This document shows positions 16,501 through 20,343 of a DNA stretch of 36,973 nucleotides, one piece after another; positions within the stretch are counted from its first letter, which is position 1, and each line of letters starts with the position of its first letter. The notes below the pieces were generated by a model. It had not been told where the DNA came from and ran no database searches. It saw only the letters and a list, made by a program, of their open reading frames with translations. Location: the NCBI GenBank assembly GCA_017828835.1, contig JAGAEK010000066.1:1-36973 (forward strand), read 5' to 3'. Both the position numbers and the translations under genes were made by a program. Origin of the DNA: Oscillospiraceae bacterium (GTDB lineage Bacteria; Bacillota; Clostridia; Oscillospirales; Ruminococcaceae).

Positions 16501-17482
16501 TGTATACGTTTTCGCCCTGCATCTTGATGGCGACGACTTCGCCGTCCGTCACGTTGAACGTGTCGGTCAGAGTGAAGTTATAGCGCTGCGTCGCGGTGAT
16601 ACAGCTGCGGACCTGCCAGAGCAGATAGTAATACTGGCCGTTATCGTCCGCGGGCTTGGTGCCCCAGGAACTCTGCCAGGCGGTATACTGCGTCTGAGGA
16701 GCGTATTTTTCCATGCGGGTGATCTTTGCCGTGGTGTCGATATACACGTGGTTGGGCTTGCTCTCCTCAGAGTGCTCTTCACCGTCGCGGTATATGACGA
16801 GCTTTGCTTTGAAATCCGCGCTGGGATGACGGTCCGCGGGCGTTGCACCGTTCGGATCGTAATCCTTGTAATCATAAGTACGCTTTGACGTGCTGTAACC
16901 AACGTCAAAGTAACCGTGCTGAGCTGCCGGGCAGGGCAGACGGTTGTATACAACGATCTCCTTTGAATTGTCGTCTAACGTATCGATCCTGTATACGAAT
17001 ACGTTATCGTCGGTCAGATTGGGATCGTCGGCATGAGGCAGAGAAATATCGAAGTAATCCGCAGGATCCCCGGCCTGATCCTTGAGGATAGTATAGGGGA
17101 TGTGGATCGATATCTGGTTCTTTTCGAAATAGTCGAACTCGCCGGAGATGGAATAGGTAACGGTGAACTTGAACAGATGGTCCGGGTTAGTTGTTTCCGG
17201 AGTCCATACGTAGTCGCCGTTATCCTGCTCTTCAGCGCCGAGGACGAGAGTCGAAAAGATACCCTCTATCTGCAGAGTACTGCCGTCTCCTCCTCCGCCT
17301 CCGGAGCTTCCTCTGTCGACGGGATCTTCATCACCGCCATCGGTCGTTCTCGGAAACACCGTGCCGTTTTCGGCAAAGACCGGGTTTTCAACCGTAGGAG
17401 CCGCAAGGACCTCTATCGCCGCAGACGATAAAGAACCGAACAGCATCACTACGGTAAGAACAATTGAGATTAGTTTTTTCAT
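7541..17482 (-). CDS. Giant (about 3,313 aa) multidomain cell-surface adhesin-like protein with SpaA-like, BspA/DUF285 LRR, pilin-like Ig and Cna-B repeat modules
   Basis: It is a single uninterrupted 9.9-kb ORF. I place the start at the ATG at 17482 (MKKLISIVLTVVMLFGSLSSAAIEVLA signal peptide), not the upstream M at 17521. The domain motifs are listed in the sub-features below. The C-terminus has a hydrophobic segment followed by RKRRFA. Confidence 0.92.
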   Translation of the reverse strand: MKKLISIVLTVVMLFGSLSSAAIEVLAAPTVENPVFAENGTVFPRTTDGGDEDPVDRGSSGGGGGDGSTLQIEGIFSTLVLGAEEQDNGDYVWTPETTNPDHLFKFTVTYSISGEFDYFEKNQISIHIPYTILKDQAGDPADYFDISLPHADDPNLTDDNVFVYRIDTLDDNSKEIVVYNRLPCPAAQHGYFDVGYSTSKRTYDYKDYDPNGATPADRHPSADFKAKLVIYRDGEEHSEESKPNHVYIDTTAKITRMEKYAPQTQYTAWQSSWGTKPADDNGQYYYLLWQVRSCITATQRYNFTLTDTFNVTDGEVVAIKMQGENVYRPTSDTNCGKVYNQTTSYPNGRYDNVITRHLKATYDEQPTYSFTNKAYGNVHPLDGVDRDSNADATKRWAYEHPVFHPGSGVGMSFDKYGYDYNDKRVYDSEDIRSFDLDPYHTGSVNEITNLAWYTSSAATTYALTVPEGLTNTDPNNYFLVPATVELTDNRIGVRLIGESSSVKLNAGEYRFDKVVVSYTMLDAYFDETTQSFKTKAVTYEPNEAITIYAQFGTDEWVAVGSLATATAAFTPTEAGTSHNVTASGKTIIFGDHTCTGYRLVASNKHYRTTLGAKPYVTLLRCEKVDTVVERAYTENQNEFAVVNTASTAVYKGADNTGTPVKTASKSGVDYVIGISRQSAITKSVRFKNDPLNQRCVLTWSISMNESYLSEGGKRVYVEQQSGMFYDLLPYGGTFDKSSLVVYSDSKRLNQNQYSVETQSNYLGSGRTLLIISIYEPAKTSYSFNYATNHSWDSIAEFGNYVLNSVAYETGNEDIGDGYPDNGGPASGSGHITDRLLMTDLDPDTNANKFIYTQCSHNIVALTAGNLGLYKKVMAEKDEDYVYATTTISGGEYSYKIHFATDAATWVKDMILFDSLENYVLVDDTVSDWHGILQGFDFTVLEANGIDPVLYYSTKENLQIKDLGVTADYNFAANAETWIKASGPNDPNLVNAHAFAIDIRKTKTGDNFVLDPSSALTAIVYMKAPDAIESEAINPTAYNNIFLFNSVKFGHDSEFADPSLNHQDYTRISFRQMAEIKILKIDYDVYETTGEIVPIPGIVFRLWGDSHYGDYIDYTYTTNSLGIINFGSIPRGVYTLQELDGVDDYVEDHTPITVTIDQNGNVIFGELVDDAYTLEPYGTLVIGYDEGTATWVLSNRERVHGDLDFDKVGKVVGQSYTTPLLNVSFLIYGTSYYSTEINMPVSSGGDGVVHIRNLERGTYEMVETSTNANYFPLDTVFTVICDANGDITISYVDEDGNTIYPLENGDYVIVNTPYYELPLWKYNSVTGDSISGAKFKLTGENYYDEQTSGSDGLLTFRFLVPGTYVLRELEAPEGVIPDNKNHTVIVDNDGNITIDGKTIQEYIDEYLTSTTVSGDINYFPIPNEPEKGTITIIKEWVGLAEGETPNVTPTLHLDTTKPNPNIPEATIDYDAWTTYVNGMTIPDNGSATGKHGLIQENFRIQRTIDDSPQKVRIDIRSFEKYNNRDIPTAEQMNQSVEESWADIAAAVTSTSQYVFDEETILKLEQWRRIDDDTTNYRIFIKLVHVDDTTTGSGSGLTYISVYKAVWWSDAPNVYLPENASKMFAALTYMIGTLDLRGIKSSRTTDMSQMFEQSHCSEIRMDFDTSKVTTMHRMFRYSSVQQLPDIVTWDTSSVTDMSRMFECSGLRSIDMTHWNTSSVTTLASMFHTCKLECDLDFSMLDFSNVTSMAYMFYNGGTNCQVTSIKFPKNLAKVTTMYDMFTGSKNLVTIDFNGADARNVTDVFQLIIGCDALKTLILPDDMRSITNQFMGAFRGMKALETIVMPTRLDNCSSLQDTFNGDKALTSIDMSYCYMPNMVNFMTTFNGCSGLTTILMPEGANMLSKVKSFWMMCYGCTSLTSFDLSGRNLSGVIDEWGDSTAGFEWMFANCSSLQTVDFSGSYAPNTMVTYEMFRNCSNLTTCNMEGFILGGPDTIYGGGSFYMMFFGCEKLEEIDISGFYTPDANHQANAYYMFGDCKKLATIYASAEWPTEGFTPGMTGGSLSCYFMFHGCTLLHNDGFDSAHPENNKNYCTFTTNTTLPGNFTQKDAPTVPTFPADPVPSDLINASPSPDFVIEPATSGENGTTKSETPTEQSISYTSEPNKWVQREDGTWSYTFDVYDVDGTYYLWESALPGYESDCTIENPITIHYTAGGTITTEPADKLVEYETGKYGVKITNTKVVPDYVSITLNKIVTGVEDDETEFVLHIVVTDLEENPVPDALYGDVTLIGGEADVTLKNNGVVTLLNLPAGIIYEVTEPDTQDFEATITNGSGTLEENGASVTVTVENHKDVPVTVGLEVTKVLTTDGEAILTDEDLARKFSVTVTLYTDSTFETVATEINGLYGDVHFTDGVGSTMIGKDETVSITGLPTVDDNGDPLPLWYKVEEAYVEGFNVSYTGQAGQPAETPVSAVITNTKFNPPVGGFKVVKVLEGASAGDTTTFNFAVSFNGLKPGVTYIYTIGTTEYSFTALAGGNWYEEFSLTNGQTATFTNLPENATYTVTETGNDYIPSFTLVSNKTVGSASGNNTIPTLALSTGTETVEDGEDATITFTNTPAVVDVEGHKEWVGDEDVAEVVRPDHITIYLMEGTAQIQELTVYPDDNGYWSWSFTNLPKYDSTGSEITYSIEEEVVYGYETTIEGYNVTNTYIHTYIDIPVQKLWQDNNNHDNTRPGSIILNLYADGVLKETVSVSADLETGNWSYVFEHLPKYRTGSTTKEIEYTVTENAVPGYVSTLSGNSMDGFTITNTLVTNIEGEKTWLDGEGENRPESIVIHLLADGVDTEKFYVATPETNWSWSFSNLPVYKIVDDAYVEIEYTITEEAVSGYLTVINGYNVTNIEKTEATVVKVWNDDEDRDGARPDYLTVQLKADGAAYGDPTVLNEDNDWSATIENLPKYKDGGTEIIYTWEELDLPATYTLTGNTVNGTITTLTNTHEPGKISICVEKQWRDDDNRDGIRPQSIHVQLLANDDPYGEPIELNEENEWKYTWNDLPEKAAGVEIVYTIDEIDIPEGYGITINGTPKEGFLIINPHTPAETEATVIKVWDDDDDNDGARPDYLTVQLKADGEAYGDPTVLNEDNDWTATIENLPKYKDGGIEIVYTWEEVDLPNTYTLTGNVANDTVTTLTNTHEPEKIQLDGVKIWAGETDKENQRPASITIRLYADGVEIDHVVVTAATGWTFKFEGLDKYKDGVEIEYTITEDEVVGYKTSISGTKVTNTWKPPHENPPTSDRAIFPTKMIILAAVAGFVLVVARKRRFA
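7544..7660 (-). other. C-terminal sorting-signal-like tail (NPPTS motif, hydrophobic helix, basic tail)
   Basis: The tail reads KPPHENPPTSDRAIFPTKMIILAAVAGFVLVVARKRRFA. It has the tripartite layout of a sortase signal but no LPXTG. NPPTS is encoded at 7631-7645. Confidence 0.5.
7661..9645 (-). repeat. Array of seven Cna-B-type (collagen-adhesin B-region) repeats, about 86-99 aa each (coding repeats)
   Basis: The pattern K.W.D..N.D..RP..I.V.L.ADG.......L.....W...F..LPKY..G..I.YT..E....GY.......TNT recurs seven times, from VDVEGHKEWVGDED... to ...VGYKTSISGTKVTNTW. Confidence 0.8.
7925..8799 (-). repeat. Recent intragenic duplication: two roughly 290-bp copies offset by exactly 585 bp
   Basis: Copy 1 spans 7925..8214 and copy 2 spans 8510..8799. 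Both begin gggttcgtgagtattggtaag and end agtcgcttcggtct. They share long identical runs such as ccgccgtctttgtacttaggcagattctcgatcgttgc and agtcgttatcttcgttgagcaccgtaggatc. The encoded repeats are ATV(I/V)KVW.DD.D.DGARPDYLTVQLKADG.AYGDPTVLNEDNDW.ATIENLPKYKDGG.EI.YTWEE.DLP.TYTLTGN. Confidence 0.85.
9646..10770 (-). other. Three pilin/isopeptide-type Ig-like domains (coding sub-region of the giant gene)
   Basis: There are three segments of 110-140 aa, each ending in ..(V/I/F)TNT or ..VENHK. Each has an internal L..LP.G..Y.VTE motif (LLNLPAGIIYEVTEPD, ITGLPTV...YKVEEAY, FTNLPENATYTVTETG), as seen in Gram-positive pilin backbone domains. Confidence 0.45.
11235..12645 (-). repeat. BspA-type leucine-rich repeat / DUF285 '26-residue surface-protein repeat' module (about 470 aa)
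   Basis: Units of the form (W/F)(D/N)TS.VT.M..MF recur (FDTSKVTTMHRMF, WDTSSVTDMSRMF, WNTSSVTTLASMF, FSNVTSMAYMF). These are followed by F.GC..L..I..P-type BspA LRRs (FNGCSGLTTILMPEG, CYGCTSLTSFDLSG, FANCSSLQTVDFSG, FRNCSNLTTCNMEG, FFGCEKLEEIDISG, FGDCKKLATIYAS). Confidence 0.75.
13300..14266 (-). repeat. Three SpaA/prealbumin-fold (SdrD-B-like) domains
   Basis: The signature G..F.L.........T...G.......L..G.Y.L.E...P..Y......H.V.(I/V)...G occurs three times: GIVFRLWGD...RGVYTLQELDGVDDYVEDHTPITVTIDQNGNV, VSFLIYGT...RGTYEMVETSTNANYFPLDTVFTVICDANGD and AKFKLTGE...PGTYVLRELEAPEGVIPDNKNHTVIVDNDGN. Confidence 0.6.
17399..17482 (-). other. Sec signal peptide of the giant surface protein
   Basis: MKKLISIVLTVVMLFGSLSSAAIEVLA|AP has a basic N-region, a hydrophobic core and an A-x-A-like cleavage site. 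Confidence 0.8.
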
Positions 17483-17873
17483 CCTTTGCACACCTTTCTT
17501 ACAATCTATATATCCCCACAAGAATATTATATGCGATCAAACAAAAATCAGGATTCAAAAAGCACAGATCTCATGGCCGAAGTAGACGAACTGCAAAGAC
17601 CCGCCTTTTAAATCCCGGTTGAAAATAATTGATATTCAAAAAGTATATTTTGTGCTTGCCGAAAGACGTTTCCGGAAAATAAATCGCGCACCGTAAAACC
17701 TCGGATAAGCGCTTATATGTCACTCCTTGCCGATCAAATCGGCGGAAGCCCCGGAACAACATAATGCGACTAAACCAGTTTATAATGTATCATAAGGTTT
17801 TTCCTTTGTCAATAGATAATTTTCAATTTGTACTACATAATTATGAACGATAGCTCAAGAATATGTACAAAAG

Positions 17874-17907
17874 CTAAACAAAAAGCCGAAATGCAAAGCA
17901 TTTCGGC
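17874..17907 (-). terminator. Rho-independent terminator on the minus strand, downstream of the 17949..18245 reading frame
   Basis: A perfect 10-bp stem gccgaaatgc / gcatttcggc (17885-17907) has a 3-nt loop. On the minus strand it is followed by ctttttgttt. Confidence 0.6.
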
Positions 17908-17948
17908 TCGCTGTCTAACGTTGATTTTATTATTAATATTATTTCAAA

Positions 17949-18245
17949 TCAGAAGAAAAGGGTATCCCCGTCACTGAATATTACCTTTATAGGCTTAGAA
18001 TCATCTAAAGAATTATCACCATATTGTTCTTTAGAATTATCAATATATCTATACAAAAAAGACCAAAGTTCATCACCGGAAATGATCGGCTCCATTCCTT
18101 CTCCGTATAGTTCATATGATATTCTGACCACTCCCGCTGCCGGCACTGCTGTTGTGCTGAAAATATATTCCGAATCACATTCTCCGCTGTTGCAAAACTC
18201 TCCGTTATACCGAAAACTCGGTACAAAAACAGGATAAACCGCATA
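17949..18245 (-). pseudogene. Orphan reading frame: a possible gene remnant, or a 48-aa small protein
   Basis: The frame is open for 98 codons (YAVYPVFVPSFRYNGEFCNSGECDSEYIFSTTAVPAAGVVRISYELYGEGMEPIISGDELW...DGDTLFF). Its first roughly 33 codons contain no ATG, GTG or TTG. The only SD-preceded start is the ATG at 18095 (GGAGAAGGAATG), which would give 48 aa. It has its own terminator downstream. Confidence 0.3.
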
Positions 18246-18318
18246 TTATCATAAAAGTACTTTCGATTTTCACGAAAATATGATAATATAAAAAAAGAGT
18301 TGGTAAAGGGGGATTTTA

Positions 18319-19113
18319 ATGAGCGATGAACTAAGGATTGCGGCAGGAATAATGATACCGTTTTTCGGAACTCTTTTAGGTGCCGCTGCGGTGTTTTTCA
18401 TAAAAAACAATAATATGGGCGATAAATTGAGAAAACTGCTACTCGGTTTTGCTTCGGGAGTCATGATCGCGGCATCCGTCTGGTCGCTGCTCATACCGTC
18501 TATAAGTATGTCGGCGGGATACGGTTCAAATGCTTGGATACCCGCAACGGCGGGATTTTTGCTCGGGATGGGATTTTTGCTTTTGCTCGATACGGTCACT
18601 CCGCATATCCATATAAACGATTCGGAACATCAGGAGGGCAAACCGTCCGGACTCGGAAAATCGATGATGCTGATCCTGGCGGTAACTTTGCATAATATTC
18701 CGGAAGGAATGGCCGTCGGCGTTGCGTTTGCCGGAGTTATAAGCGGTAAAGCCGATATAACGATGTCGGGAGCGATAGCGCTCGCAATAGGGATCGCGAT
18801 ACAGAATTTCCCCGAAGGCGCGATCATTTCGGCTCCGCTTTTGTCGAGCGGACTGTCAAAGAAAAAATCGTTTTTATACGGAGCGGCATCGGGTATAGTG
18901 GAACCGATAGGAGCGGTGTTGACACTGCTCATAACCTCGGCGGTAACTTCGGCTTTGCCTTATATCCTTTCTTTTGCCGCCGGCGCAATGATCTACGTCG
19001 TCGTGGAAGAACTGATACCCGAATCAAGATCCGAAAATCACAGCAACGCGGGAAATATCGGCGTCGCTTTCGGATTTGCGCTTATGATGGCGCTCGACGT
19101 GGCGCTTGGATAA
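18319..19113 (+). CDS. ZIP-family (ZupT-like) divalent metal transporter
   Basis: It is a multi-pass membrane protein carrying the ZIP signatures HNIPEGMAVGVAF and IQNFPEGAIISAPL. AAAGGGGG lies upstream of the ATG. Confidence 0.9.
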   Translation: MSDELRIAAGIMIPFFGTLLGAAAVFFIKNNNMGDKLRKLLLGFASGVMIAASVWSLLIPSISMSAGYGSNAWIPATAGFLLGMGFLLLLDTVTPHIHINDSEHQEGKPSGLGKSMMLILAVTLHNIPEGMAVGVAFAGVISGKADITMSGAIALAIGIAIQNFPEGAIISAPLLSSGLSKKKSFLYGAASGIVEPIGAVLTLLITSAVTSALPYILSFAAGAMIYVVVEELIPESRSENHSNAGNIGVAFGFALMMALDVALG

Positions 19114-19155
19114 TAAAATTCCGAGGATAGATTAAAAAGAAAAGGAGCAACAAAA

Positions 19156-19353
19156 ATGAAGATAACAGTCAACCCGGATAAAAATATTGCCGACGCCGTT
19201 AAAAAAGGCCTTGAGCTTACCGGCGGATACTGTCCGTGCAGAAGAGAAAAAAAAGAAGAATATAAGTGTATGTGCGAGGAGTTCAGAAATCAGATAAAAG
19301 ACCCAGATTTTGAAGGCTTTTGCCACTGTATGCTTTATTATAAATCCAAATAA
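19156..19353 (+). CDS. Ferredoxin-thioredoxin reductase catalytic-subunit-like protein (65 aa)
   Basis: All three Cys pairs of the FTR catalytic chain are present in order and spacing: CPC (GGYCPCRR), CMC and CHC (GFCHCMLY). AAAGGAG lies upstream of the ATG, and the gene sits directly upstream of thioredoxin. Confidence 0.75.
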   Translation: MKITVNPDKNIADAVKKGLELTGGYCPCRREKKEEYKCMCEEFRNQIKDPDFEGFCHCMLYYKSK

Positions 19354-19366
19354 GGAGATGTTAAAA

Positions 19367-19681
19367 ATGTCGGAATTGAAAATCACAAAGGATAATTTCA
19401 AAAAAGAAGTGCTCGAATCGAAGCTGCCGGTCCTGCTGGACTTTTGGGCGGTATGGTGCGGTCCCTGCAGAATGCTTGCACCCGTCGTTGAAGAGATCGC
19501 GAACGAGTTTGCCGGTCAAGTGAAAGTCGGTAAGGTCAACGTCGATGAAGAACCTGAACTTTCGGAAATGTTCAGCGTTATGAGTATACCTATGCTTGTC
19601 GTTATAAAAAACGGAAAAATAGTAAACACTTCGATAGGATATAAGCCGAAAGAAGACGTCGCGGCTCTTTTGGACCTGTAA
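19367..19681 (+). CDS. trxA: Thioredoxin
   Basis: The WCGPC active site lies in the canonical context (VLLDFWAVWCGPCRMLAPVVEEI...KVNVDE...IPMLVV.KNG), and the protein is 104 aa. The ATG at 19367 is 9 nt after AAGGAG. The track ORF start at 19310 overlaps the upstream gene. Confidence 0.92.
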   Translation: MSELKITKDNFKKEVLESKLPVLLDFWAVWCGPCRMLAPVVEEIANEFAGQVKVGKVNVDEEPELSEMFSVMSIPMLVVIKNGKIVNTSIGYKPKEDVAALLDL

Positions 19682-19732
19682 AATCCGTTTTGGGGAGTGT
19701 AATTTCCCGAATTTTCCGAAAGGAAGAGAGAG

Positions 19733-20290
19733 ATGGAATTTTTTGACGTAGTTGACGAAGAGGGAAATCCCACGGGAGACAAAACTGAGCGAAAAATCGC
19801 TCACTCCCTCGGAATTCGCCACCGAACGGTCCACGTCTGGATAGTAAGGGAAAAAGACGGAAAGATGCAGGCGCTTTTTCAAAAAAGGGCGGCTTGTAAA
19901 GATTCATTTCCCGGAAGGTACGACACCTCGTCCGCAGGCCATATCACCTCCGGAGACGAGCCGATCGATTCGGCAATAAGAGAGCTTGCCGAAGAACTTG
20001 GTATAAAAGCTGAGCGAAAAGACATGAAAGCTATCGGAAAATTCAGAATACAGTATGAAAAGGAGTTCCACGGCAAGCTTTTCCGGGATAACGAGATCGC
20101 GTTCGTCTTTTTATGCGACAAAGCCGTTGACGAAAAAGACGTCGTTCTTCAAAAAGACGAGGTAGAGGAAGTAAGGTGGTTTTGCATCGACGAGGCCTAC
20201 GAAAAAAGAATATCCGGCGACAAAACTTTTTGCACTCCTCTCGAAGGTCTTGAGATAATAAAAAAATATCTGTCCGAAAACCAAAAATAA
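19733..20290 (+). CDS. NUDIX-family hydrolase
   Basis: The Nudix box GHITSGD-EPIDSAI-RELAEELGI matches GX5(E/D)X7REUXEEXGU. Confidence 0.88.
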   Translation: MEFFDVVDEEGNPTGDKTERKIAHSLGIRHRTVHVWIVREKDGKMQALFQKRAACKDSFPGRYDTSSAGHITSGDEPIDSAIRELAEELGIKAERKDMKAIGKFRIQYEKEFHGKLFRDNEIAFVFLCDKAVDEKDVVLQKDEVEEVRWFCIDEAYEKRISGDKTFCTPLEGLEIIKKYLSENQK

Positions 20291-20295
20291 ACGTA

Positions 20296-20336
20296 TAAAA
20301 AAAAGACCGTACCCGTTAAAAGGTACGGTCTTTTCG
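20296..20336. terminator. Bidirectional rho-independent terminator between the NUDIX gene and clpB
   Basis: The stem agaccgtacc / ggtacggtct (20304-20331) is flanked by aaaaaaaa upstream and tttt downstream. Confidence 0.75.
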
Positions 20337-20343
20337 CGCGATA

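Noticed and set aside
7448-16888. Several very long plus-strand ORFs antisense to the giant gene (7448..8590 at 380 aa, 10271..11113 at 280 aa, 12473..13390 at 305 aa, 14696..16201 at 501 aa, 16271..16888 at 205 aa)
   Set aside because: They lie entirely inside, and opposite to, a motif-rich 9.9-kb CDS. Their translations are R/V/G/D/F-rich low-information strings with no motifs, no SD sequences and mostly non-ATG starts. Stop-poor antisense frames are an expected by-product of the codon composition of the sense gene.
17571-17762. A 63-aa minus-strand ORF within the adhesin leader, as a possible leader peptide
   Set aside because: It has no SD and a highly basic, irregular sequence (MLFRGFRRFDRQG...). 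Nothing suggests translation.
17483-17812. A c-di-GMP (GEMM-I/II) riboswitch in the adhesin leader
   Set aside because: I looked for the conserved GGCAAA / GCAAAGC-type elements of GEMM-I and the class II pseudoknot motifs on the minus strand and could not find them. I kept only the weaker 'long leader' observation.
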